A DNA stretch of 32,380 nt from an uncultured virus (IMG/VR IMGVR_UViG_3300032030_000042) (taxonomy: Duplodnaviria; Heunggongvirae; Uroviricota; Caudoviricetes). The notes under the pieces were generated by a model. It did not search any database, had not been told where the DNA came from, and worked only from the letters and a program-made list of their open reading frames with translations. The number at the start of each line of letters is the position of its first letter. The stretch's first letter is position 1. The translations under genes were made by a program, and so were the position numbers. This document shows positions 10,440-18,803 of the stretch, one piece after another. The stretch is taken from IMG/VR virus record IMGVR_UViG_3300032030_000042. One strand, given 5' to 3'.

Positions 10440-11924
10440 TTAGCCGATGTTGACGAAACGAACCATCTTCTTTGGTGCATACAAGAACGGAGTGCCGTAC
10501 AGAAGCACCATGAAGCGGAAGGCAGGAGACAGCACTGCCAAATCCATCTTCATAAGAGGAGCCAACTGAGCAAACTCCACGACCTCGTTGTCGAACTGGA
10601 CAAGCATGGCTTGGTCGCAATTAGGCAGGAAGCGGTTCATGTCGCGGATAATGCCAGCACCTCCTCCATCGTATCCGCGAGTAAGGTCGTCCAGCGATAC
10701 CTCGAACAGAGGATAGAATTCGCCAGTGGCAGAACCACCAACCTTGGTACGATAGATACGATAGCCAGTAGCAGCGTTGGTACCGCCACCATCGGCAAAC
10801 TTGAGGTCAACAGCGCAAGCAGCAACAACGGCAGCAGCGGTACTGTAAACTGCGAGAGCAGACTCACCAAAGCGGTTGAGTGCGCTAACAGCGTAGTACA
10901 CATTGCCAGCATCGGCAGTAGCAAACTTGCTACCAGCAACGCTACTCTGAATGGTAATTGGGGCAGTGCCATCCCAAGTCGGGGCATTAGGAGCCTTGAC
11001 GGAAGTAGCAGCAGCATTGTACGCCTTGGAAGGCATCTTACGGAAGAAGATGTCGTGGTTAAGACCGATTTGGCCGAACTGCGAATCAAAGGCGACAACT
11101 TTCTGACCCATGATACCAGCGGACAGAGCCTGAGTGTTAGGCTGGATGAACTTGTTGCCGTAGAAATTCTTGACGAAATTCGACAGCACTGCAGGAGGAG
11201 CGTAGATTTGGGTACCAAGACCATAGTTCTCGACGATAGAATTAGCAGCGGTCTCAATCACATCCTCAGTGAGTTGCTGACCACGGCAATCGATAACCAT
11301 TTCGCTGTTCATGTAATCAGCGTAGGAAGCCCAAGCATCGCTTTGCTGCTGCTGAGCCAGGAAGCCGTTAAACTGCTCGGGAACGATTTTCTCATTGCCG
11401 AAGTACAGACCCTGGTTCAGAGTGCGAAGAATCCACATGGTACCATCCTTAATGGCTTTCTCCATGACGGAACCAATCATAGTGTTGACGAGGGTCATCT
11501 GGTGAGTAACGCTCTTGGTAACACCAAGGTACTTCACCAACTGAGCACGACGCACGAATACACTGTCTTCCTCCTCAGGAAGTTCGCCCTCTCGGTTCCA
11601 ACCGCCACGATTGGCACCATACGAGGTTTGCTGGTTGTATTCCTCAACAGTGTTATAAGCAGGTTTCTTCGGGAGGTCTTTCCAAATACGGATATCCTGC
11701 TCACGGAAAGTAAGGTGTTTGAGAGTCTTCTCCAAGGACTCAACTTTTAATGGAGCACCCGACGCAGTGGTCAGGTTGGCGGTTTCACGACCAGTAATTT
11801 GTTCAGCGGCAAGAGCCTTGTTGAGTTGGTCAACTGCCTCAGCCGACTGCATACCTGCGTGAAGACCATCCTGCTGACTAGCAAAGCCGTAGTCTTGCAG
11901 ATTGATTGAAAGTCTTTCGTTCAT
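10440..11924 (-). CDS. Major capsid protein (SPO1/Twort-like) with N-terminal propeptide and FN3/Ig-like insertion
   Basis: GAPLKVESLEKTLKHLTF, EQFNG and VLLYGTP motifs; strongly biased codon usage; follows the prohead protease gene. Confidence 0.93.
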   Translation of the reverse strand: MNERLSINLQDYGFASQQDGLHAGMQSAEAVDQLNKALAAEQITGRETANLTTASGAPLKVESLEKTLKHLTFREQDIRIWKDLPKKPAYNTVEEYNQQTSYGANRGGWNREGELPEEEDSVFVRRAQLVKYLGVTKSVTHQMTLVNTMIGSVMEKAIKDGTMWILRTLNQGLYFGNEKIVPEQFNGFLAQQQQSDAWASYADYMNSEMVIDCRGQQLTEDVIETAANSIVENYGLGTQIYAPPAVLSNFVKNFYGNKFIQPNTQALSAGIMGQKVVAFDSQFGQIGLNHDIFFRKMPSKAYNAAATSVKAPNAPTWDGTAPITIQSSVAGSKFATADAGNVYYAVSALNRFGESALAVYSTAAAVVAACAVDLKFADGGGTNAATGYRIYRTKVGGSATGEFYPLFEVSLDDLTRGYDGGGAGIIRDMNRFLPNCDQAMLVQFDNEVVEFAQLAPLMKMDLAVLSPAFRFMVLLYGTPFLYAPKKMVRFVNIG

Positions 11925-11947
11925 TTTTTCTTATAGGTATTAAATTG

Positions 11948-13393
11948 TTATTTCACGATTTCGTAACCAAACTCGTTTTTAACGCGAGCGATAATGGAAG
12001 GAGGCAAAGTCTTATTTGCTTCAAACGAAACACAAGCCTTACTCATTTCATCATCAAAACCTTTGGCAAACGTTGCCTGGTCAAGTAACTCGACAACCGC
12101 TTTTGGATTCTTACTCATAGAAATTTGGTTTTCTTTACCCTTACCACCCTTTTCAATCTCAGGGTCTTCGCCCTTATCAAAGTGGCGTTCAATGGCACGA
12201 GCACTGGAGATGGAGCGTGGAGCAGGAGTTTCTGAGCCGTATGCTTCAAGACGCTCGCTCATTTCAGAAATAGTTTCCTCTTGAGCCTTAATGATATCCA
12301 TCATTTCGTTTTCACGCTCAGCAGAGGCATCAAGTTTATTTGCGGCATCCTTAACCATGACACCAAGTGCCTTAACGTATTTCGAGGTGATTTGGTGAGA
12401 AGTAGCAATTGCCTTTTCAAGTCGGTCAAAACGATTGCCCTTTTCAACACCTTTCTTACCCTTTTCAGTTTCATCCTCAGTTTCCTCAGTTTCCTCGGTC
12501 TCCTCATCCTCCTCATCCTCGGTTTCTTCTTCCGTAGTTTCGGTCTTTTTGGTTTCCTTAGTCTCCTCAGTTTCCTCGGTTTCATCTGATTTGGCAAGAT
12601 TAGTGTCTTTGTCATCACACCCCTTTTCGACATCGGTGTTTTCAACACTCAAACCAAGAGCCTCATATGCCTTGGTGATGTCATCTTCGGTGATTGATTT
12701 CTTACCTTTCATCGTTGCAATATTTTGTATTAAACTATGTACTTTATTTGCTTTTGCTAAACTAATACCTGGTACATCATTGAACAAACGTTCGAGAATT
12801 TTTGCCTTGGTAATTTCAGCCGATACCTCGCTAAAATTTTCATCATCGCACTCCTCTTTATAATCATCATCTATTTCACCTTTGATGATATTAGCAAAAG
12901 TTTTCGGATTTTTAGGCATATGAGTAATAGCAACACCAGTAATAACAGCCTTGGTGATTTTATTATAATCAGGACTATTCTTATTATTGCTCTTACGTTC
13001 CAATACCTTACCCTCTATCGAATATCCTAATCTGCGAGTTTTGGAGTCTTTTTCAAGTGTTTCAGCAAGTTTGTAAACATCGCGTGCAACTTCCGAATTT
13101 TCGTACAATTCTGTTTCAATATACAAACCCTCTGGGCGAATTTCAGCAACTGTAGGTTCACCAATGATAGCAGCAGGATTACCCTTTGCTTGATGATGCC
13201 AGTTTACAACTCCGCTTTTAAGTAATGGCTGAATATCAAAACCATTTGGGTCAAGATATTCATTATCGCTATCCTTATCTGAAGTAGAAGCAATGCCGCC
13301 CAAAACCATGCGCTTTTTGCCAGTAGTTGGGTCTAACACTTCTTGTCCTTTAGAAATGGTAATTGGACACCAAAATTTGAAGTCTTGTTTCAT
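11948..13393 (-). CDS. Prohead protease fused to acidic scaffold region
   Basis: GIAST..KDSDNE, VNWHH and LGYSIEG (catalytic His/Ser) motifs, with a Glu/Thr-rich and coiled-coil C-terminal half. Confidence 0.88.
   Translation of the reverse strand: MKQDFKFWCPITISKGQEVLDPTTGKKRMVLGGIASTSDKDSDNEYLDPNGFDIQPLLKSGVVNWHHQAKGNPAAIIGEPTVAEIRPEGLYIETELYENSEVARDVYKLAETLEKDSKTRRLGYSIEGKVLERKSNNKNSPDYNKITKAVITGVAITHMPKNPKTFANIIKGEIDDDYKEECDDENFSEVSAEITKAKILERLFNDVPGISLAKANKVHSLIQNIATMKGKKSITEDDITKAYEALGLSVENTDVEKGCDDKDTNLAKSDETEETEETKETKKTETTEEETEDEEDEETEETEETEDETEKGKKGVEKGNRFDRLEKAIATSHQITSKYVKALGVMVKDAANKLDASAERENEMMDIIKAQEETISEMSERLEAYGSETPAPRSISSARAIERHFDKGEDPEIEKGGKGKENQISMSKNPKAVVELLDQATFAKGFDDEMSKACVSFEANKTLPPSIIARVKNEFGYEIVK
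12472..12585. repeat. Imperfect 9-bp tandem repeats (GTTTCCTCA/G) encoding EET runs in the scaffold
   Basis: Repeated gtttcctcag/gtttcctcgg units, translated as ETEETEET. Confidence 0.7.
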
Positions 13394-13414
13394 TTAATGA
13401 ACTTTTTTGTTTTG

Positions 13415-13424
13415 TTAATAACTG
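13415..13424 (-). promoter_or_regulatory. Candidate late-promoter motif CAGTTATTAA
   Basis: About 22 nt upstream of the protease start; same motif at 18794 and 28957, variant at 31607. Confidence 0.5.
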
Positions 13425-13754
13425 TTAGTCTTTCGTCATGGTGCGTTTTATCCAGCCATAAAAGAACTTTTTATTATTAGGATTCTTTTCAGTGATGTTG
13501 ATATAATACTTAATTTTTTCTATACGTCGAGCGTTTATATAGTTTTCATAACTCATAGTCGTATCTAAACTATCAATAACGCCTCTTAAACGTAAATTTT
13601 CATGCTCTAGTTCTGCAATATACGCTGTATCTTGCAAAACCTTTTCAACGTAAATCGTATCAACAGTAATAGCAGTGTCTTTTGGGCACTGCTTACATAT
13701 TTTACCACAACCTAAAATTAAAGGCAGTAGCAACAATAAAAACCACTTTCTCAT
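13425..13754 (-). CDS. Lipoprotein, putative o-spanin-like
   Basis: MRKWFLLLLLPLILG-C lipobox; directly downstream of the endolysin. Confidence 0.55.
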   Translation of the reverse strand: MRKWFLLLLLPLILGCGKICKQCPKDTAITVDTIYVEKVLQDTAYIAELEHENLRLRGVIDSLDTTMSYENYINARRIEKIKYYINITEKNPNNKKFFYGWIKRTMTKD

Positions 13755-14164
13755 GTTCGTATTCTATTCAATTTAATTAACAACTCATTAGTCATAACTG
13801 TACGTTCAACCATATGAAGTGTGCGATAGGCAAGTCTTATACTCATAGCCACACCCATATTAACGGCTGTATCGTACATGTCGTTTGCTACTTTCTGGTT
13901 CTTGAGATTATCACCCCAAATCTTATCCCAATACTGAGATTTATACAACTGACGTTTTAAAATTTCCAACTGGTCGTTAATGTAACGCTTACCGCTCTTC
14001 TTATTAGGAATAGCATCAAGTATCCTCCAACCAGCCCAATTAGGATTTGCGGCTCTAGAAATTCCACTCCATGTTTCCTTTCCAGAATCTCCATCTATAT
14101 TAGTCCAGACATTTTTGCCTTCAAAACTTTCAGTGCGTGTAAATGCAACGTTAAAATCTGCCAT
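13751..14164 (-). CDS. Glycoside hydrolase family 108 endolysin
   Basis: FEG...D.GDSGKETWSGISR, YWD and YDTAVNMG motifs. Likely start MADF at 14164, giving a TAATG overlap with the upstream gene. Confidence 0.85.
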   Translation of the reverse strand: MADFNVAFTRTESFEGKNVWTNIDGDSGKETWSGISRAANPNWAGWRILDAIPNKKSGKRYINDQLEILKRQLYKSQYWDKIWGDNLKNQKVANDMYDTAVNMGVAMSIRLAYRTLHMVERTVMTNELLIKLNRIRT

Positions 14165-14520
14165 TATATATTCAAATATTGAGTCGTTACGCAATTAGCA
14201 TCCATCCAGCGAACTAATAAGTCTGCTTTTTTATCCGCTGGTAATTTCAGGAAGCCATCCAGTTGTCCTATCTTTTGTAAAAAATTAGTAAAACTATTTT
14301 CCAAATCATACATTTTAGCACCTTTGGAAATAATTTCCTGAATATTAACTTCCTTAATTTCGCTTAAATATCTATGATTGTGAATGGCGTCAGTTATCTG
14401 CTGATGTTGCCATTCCTTTGCAAGTGGAAAATCACCCTTGAAAGGTATATAACGACTTGGTTTATTTTTGAAGATATATTGGGTCGCCTTACCACCCAAT
14501 GAACTTAACATTTCTTCCAT
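14164..14520 (-). CDS. Hypothetical protein
   Basis: 118 aa ORF tightly packed in the operon. Confidence 0.65.
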   Translation of the reverse strand: MEEMLSSLGGKATQYIFKNKPSRYIPFKGDFPLAKEWQHQQITDAIHNHRYLSEIKEVNIQEIISKGAKMYDLENSFTNFLQKIGQLDGFLKLPADKKADLLVRWMDANCVTTQYLNI

Positions 14521-14522
14521 GA

Positions 14523-16964
14523 TTAAACGTAATCTACTTTGTTACTAAATATAAGTTTGGTGCGGTTTAAAACCACTGTATATCCATTGTTGACCTTAAT
14601 AGCATCATAACCCTTTAATGCAGCGTACAAACCAACAGTTTCGCAATAACCACGCATTGCATAAATAGAATCAATAAAGTTTTCATCAGGATTTCCTTTT
14701 CCAGCAACTTTATTTAATTCACTTTTCTTGGAATTGTACTTATTCTGCATATCATTACGCTCCTGAATCAACTTTTGATATTGAGGATTATCTGCTTTCG
14801 TTTGCTTAGAAATTTCCTGCTGCATATAACGCATATAATGGTTATTAACAAAATCTCTAAACGTTTCAACTGCCCCATTATACATAGGAGACATAGGATT
14901 GCGACGACGCAAAGCAAATACACCATCATACTGAAGTTTATTAATGCGTAACGTTTCATCATCATAAGGAAATTTAATATCAACAACACCCTTACCAATA
15001 CGAACTGTTGCGCCCATTGAAGCAGCCTGCTTTGCTATCTTACCAGCAACCATATCTTTCCATGAAGGAATATCTGGATTGCCTGACGGGTCAACCTTAC
15101 TCCAAATAACGTTATCGAGGTCATCATTAAATACAGTCCATTCCGTTTCATTGAAATTAAACTGCTTGTAAACAGAATCTTTAACGTTTTGTTTAAAATT
15201 AACAATTTCGTTTTCTTTATCAACTAAATCGTTAGATAAAACGTTTAATTCATCACGCAACGCTTCTGCTTTATCATCACCACTAGGCGTTAAATCATTC
15301 AACTCTTTGCTGATAGTAGCATAATCAATAATTTTAGCATCTTCCGCAAACATACCTTTAAGAACAATGCCGTTATGATTATCTTTTGTACCTCCGTAAC
15401 CGCCAGCATAACTACATGCTTCCTGATATGCCCAAGTGTTGCCGTACTGCGTTTGGTCGCCATCTTTTATAGTGAAATTCTTTTTTGAAGTATGTTGAGC
15501 GACGTAAATACCTTGACCATATGCGGCTCTTGTTCCATAATAACACCTATCCTCAAATAAGGTATTAATAGCAGCATCCTCTGCATCAACATTTCCGTTT
15601 TCTAATCCACGGAAAAATTGGCATTGCGGGTCATTACGTTTATTATACATATCCCAGTACTCATCCTCGGTAACTACCTGAGGCAATCCTGTGAACCCGC
15701 GTTCCTCGCAAATTTCATTTAATAACGACCAACCATGCTTTTTATCTGTTGCTAAAACAACGTCTGTGTTATTATCGCCACTTTGAGTCATAACACGCTC
15801 ACGCAATTCCAGTAGTAGGTCGTTATCAAGTTCACGATACATAATATCTTCCGGCACTATGTTTCGCTGCGGAATAGGTATATCCTCAATATCCTCACGA
15901 CCATTAAGAAGTTTTATTATATCATCAAGATTATCGATACGCTGTTCCATTATTTTAGCATACGAAAGCATATTATTTTCGTACATAAATGCTAAAATAT
16001 CTTCCTTGTGAGCCTTGATGTTGTCAATCTGTGACTGTATATCTTGCTTAGAAAGCAAATTATAAATTTGTCTATTATTTGAAGCCATTCCATTAAAGGT
16101 CTGAACAACATCATCATCAAATTTACTTGCTGATTGACTACCTCTTGCTCTGTAATCAAAGCACGAGCCGTTATCGACACGAACAATATTACCACTAGCA
16201 TCCTTACGAACATTATCATTTTGATAGATGTCCCAGTTTGCCAATAAAACATCCATCATGAAGCCTTGAGCAACGTCTTTGTAATCACTTGGAGAAATAT
16301 TTTGCAAACTCCAATCGAATTTACTCAACAAAACAGATTCGTTACCCTCATCGTACAATTCACACACCTTGGCTTTATAACCAACTAAATCATACAATTG
16401 ATTAGCGGCATACTCAACCGCAATAAAACCTTTATTCGTACTTTGCTTTTTCAAAAAAGTACGTTTCTTTGGGTCTTCAACAAGTTGTGCTCCAGTACTT
16501 CCTCCAATAGAATAAGGTCTTCCTGTAGATGGGTCAATAGCTGGAGTGAGAGATGAAAGGTCTTTTGGAAACATATCGTTTACCAAAACATTCATATCCT
16601 TTTCTTTGCCAGCACTTAACTTACTACCGCCACCAACATTTTTACCATTATGTTGCTTAACTACATGCCAAGCATATTCCGCTTGTGAACCGCTTTTCGT
16701 AGGAGACCAAACATACAGAACGCCATCAATAACCTTTGTTTGTCCTGGAACAATGGCCTTTGCTATTTCTTCTTCCTGCTCTAAACCATGTAATGAATCA
16801 AAGCAACTCTTTGATACTTTGAACTGGTAATCGTAATCATCGGTGAAGTCGCTCTTGAGTTTGTAATTCTCAACCGCCTTTTCCAAGCGGTCAATAGAAA
16901 TATTGCCCTCAGAGTACCCAAGGGCAATAGTTTCTAATGCTTTATAAAGTTTATCTTTCTTCAT
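14523..16964 (-). CDS. Multidomain protein: HipA/PI3K-PI4K-like kinase plus ADP-ribosyltransferase-like domain; putative virion-packaged effector
   Basis: Kinase motifs: GGSTGA..FLKK, EYAANQLY, DVLLANWD..N, RVDNG. ART-like motifs: FFRG, YGQGIYVA, ACSYA, YAALKGYDAI...YTVVLNR. Confidence 0.7.
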   Translation of the reverse strand: MKKDKLYKALETIALGYSEGNISIDRLEKAVENYKLKSDFTDDYDYQFKVSKSCFDSLHGLEQEEEIAKAIVPGQTKVIDGVLYVWSPTKSGSQAEYAWHVVKQHNGKNVGGGSKLSAGKEKDMNVLVNDMFPKDLSSLTPAIDPSTGRPYSIGGSTGAQLVEDPKKRTFLKKQSTNKGFIAVEYAANQLYDLVGYKAKVCELYDEGNESVLLSKFDWSLQNISPSDYKDVAQGFMMDVLLANWDIYQNDNVRKDASGNIVRVDNGSCFDYRARGSQSASKFDDDVVQTFNGMASNNRQIYNLLSKQDIQSQIDNIKAHKEDILAFMYENNMLSYAKIMEQRIDNLDDIIKLLNGREDIEDIPIPQRNIVPEDIMYRELDNDLLLELRERVMTQSGDNNTDVVLATDKKHGWSLLNEICEERGFTGLPQVVTEDEYWDMYNKRNDPQCQFFRGLENGNVDAEDAAINTLFEDRCYYGTRAAYGQGIYVAQHTSKKNFTIKDGDQTQYGNTWAYQEACSYAGGYGGTKDNHNGIVLKGMFAEDAKIIDYATISKELNDLTPSGDDKAEALRDELNVLSNDLVDKENEIVNFKQNVKDSVYKQFNFNETEWTVFNDDLDNVIWSKVDPSGNPDIPSWKDMVAGKIAKQAASMGATVRIGKGVVDIKFPYDDETLRINKLQYDGVFALRRRNPMSPMYNGAVETFRDFVNNHYMRYMQQEISKQTKADNPQYQKLIQERNDMQNKYNSKKSELNKVAGKGNPDENFIDSIYAMRGYCETVGLYAALKGYDAIKVNNGYTVVLNRTKLIFSNKVDYV

Positions 16965-18757
16965 AATAATATTCCTTCTGCTTCTTCAACAGACATGGTT
17001 AATTCATCGTTGAATGCCTTTGCTAACGCACTTTCGTCATTCTCATCTACACTTACCATAGCACTTTTTTCTAACGATAACTCAGGTGTAATTATTTGAT
17101 TTCCGATTTCAACCTCAACAGCCTTGTTAAGATTTTTCAGAACCAAACGCTTCCAATCAAACTTATTACCACCAATTGCTTCAGCATATTCTTCATTTTC
17201 TTCAGCCTTTTTGCGACCACCAAGATTAGTATCAATTAACTCAAGCATCTTTGTAAAAGTACGCACACTAAATGTTTGCGGGTCAATCTTATCCTGATTA
17301 TTTAAAAACAAATCATAAAGTTCCTCGCGAATTTCTTGTTCTTCCTGAGCATTAGCATTAACCATTTTCTTACCCATAGTCTTATAGCGGTCTTTAAGAA
17401 CCTCTAAATTTTCACGAGTAGTAAAATGAATATCGTTATTATCAGCACGGCTCATAATTGCCTTATGGTCTTCATCACTATTCAACACTTCTTTGGTTTT
17501 ATTAGTAAGGAAAAGCATTTGGCCAGTAAATTTCTCTGGTTCTCCAGTACGACTATTTTTAAAGGTACGAATTTCAGGGTCTTCATCGGCAAGGCTCTTC
17601 ATCATACCTACAAGGTCTTTATTATTCGTAGTAAGTAAGCGGTCTTTATCATCGAACACTAACAACTTGCCCTTATGTTTAGTAAGTAATTCATTAAATT
17701 CTTTTGCAGAATTAACATCCTTATCAACTAACACCCAATCGTAGTTATCAGCATTGTCATCTTTATTCTTTTCTGGGTCGTAACGCTCCATGCCGTTCAA
17801 ACGAGCCATCTTCAAGAAGCCGGAAGTTTTACCAGCACCAGCACCACCTGAAGCAACAAACATAGGACGCTTCTTAGAAGTAATGAAATGGTCTAACTGC
17901 ATATTCAACGCACCAAGAATTGCTTTTGGCGGGTCATAATATGGGTCTTGACGTTTCATATAATCGCGAAAAGCGTCATATTGCTGGCGGTCTTTCAAAG
18001 ATTTCAAATCATTAAATTTTGACTTGATATATGAATTATTTGAATTATCCCAGCCATCATCTCCCTCAGGAAACGTTTCTTTACCCCATTCTTCAAGACC
18101 TAAACCCTCAATTGGCGAGTTATAATCTTCATATTCTTCCTCCGAAACATCAATAACATCAGAAGGATTCATGGTTTCCCATTTTTCTTTTGCTCTATCC
18201 CACTCATCCTGCAATTTGCCTTTTGGAGAAATTTTACTTTCATCAATACCACGAGCCATGGCTTCTTCAATAGCAATCATACGAACATTAGGATTGCCCT
18301 TAGGATTATTGGCGATTTTCAAAAGTTTATCGTCTGGAGTGAGGTTGACGTCAGCGTATGCCTTACGATAGGTTTCACGCTTCTGTTCCATTGGCTTATG
18401 AGTCTTCGGATTTAAGACAGTCCAAGACTTTTTTGCCTTAAAACCATACTTGGGGTCAGGCATAAAGGAATACTGAACTTTGGCTTCAGGGGCATCATAC
18501 TTATCCTCTTCAACTTTCTGCTCAATCTTTACCTCCTTTCCATTGCCTTTTTTATCTTCGGTAACAGTAGTGGTCTTTTTCTTAGTCTCATCCTCGTCAG
18601 TTTTGGCGGTTGTAGACGTGGAAATATTTTTGTTCTTATTATGCTTTCCCCTCATACTCTTCCAATCAAACTTTCCGGGAGCATACTCCGTCCACACCCA
18701 TTTGCCATTAGGATGGATATCACCTACTTGGTGTTTTGCTTTTTCAATCTCATTCAT
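16961..18757 (-). CDS. AAA+ ATPase with long N-terminal extension
   Basis: Walker A SGGAGAGKT, Walker B LLVFDDKD, sensor-1 FLTN, Arg-finger AIMSR and sensor-2 SVR. Confidence 0.8.
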   Translation of the reverse strand: MNEIEKAKHQVGDIHPNGKWVWTEYAPGKFDWKSMRGKHNKNKNISTSTTAKTDEDETKKKTTTVTEDKKGNGKEVKIEQKVEEDKYDAPEAKVQYSFMPDPKYGFKAKKSWTVLNPKTHKPMEQKRETYRKAYADVNLTPDDKLLKIANNPKGNPNVRMIAIEEAMARGIDESKISPKGKLQDEWDRAKEKWETMNPSDVIDVSEEEYEDYNSPIEGLGLEEWGKETFPEGDDGWDNSNNSYIKSKFNDLKSLKDRQQYDAFRDYMKRQDPYYDPPKAILGALNMQLDHFITSKKRPMFVASGGAGAGKTSGFLKMARLNGMERYDPEKNKDDNADNYDWVLVDKDVNSAKEFNELLTKHKGKLLVFDDKDRLLTTNNKDLVGMMKSLADEDPEIRTFKNSRTGEPEKFTGQMLFLTNKTKEVLNSDEDHKAIMSRADNNDIHFTTRENLEVLKDRYKTMGKKMVNANAQEEQEIREELYDLFLNNQDKIDPQTFSVRTFTKMLELIDTNLGGRKKAEENEEYAEAIGGNKFDWKRLVLKNLNKAVEVEIGNQIITPELSLEKSAMVSVDENDESALAKAFNDELTMSVEEAEGILL

Positions 18758-18793
18758 ATTATTATACGTTTTAATTAATCACTGAACAACGTA

Positions 18794-18803
18794 TTTATAA
18801 CTG
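18794..18803 (-). promoter_or_regulatory. Candidate late-promoter motif CAGTTATAAA
   Basis: About 37 nt upstream of the ATPase start; overlaps the stop of the upstream gene. Confidence 0.4.

Noticed and set aside
10348..11743. Alternative-frame minus-strand ORFs (90, 206 and 69 aa) within or after the capsid gene
   Set aside because: Nested in the capsid gene or spanning its terminator; composition is typical of off-frame translation.
10611..11750. 379-aa plus-strand ORF
   Set aside because: Antisense shadow of the codon-biased capsid gene; no recognisable motifs.
12472..12585. Short repeats as a CRISPR array or origin
   Set aside because: They are in-frame low-complexity coding repeats without spacers.
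16961..18757. ATPase as large terminase
   Set aside because: Motifs are AAA+ type and there is no nuclease domain; no terminase was recognised in the window.
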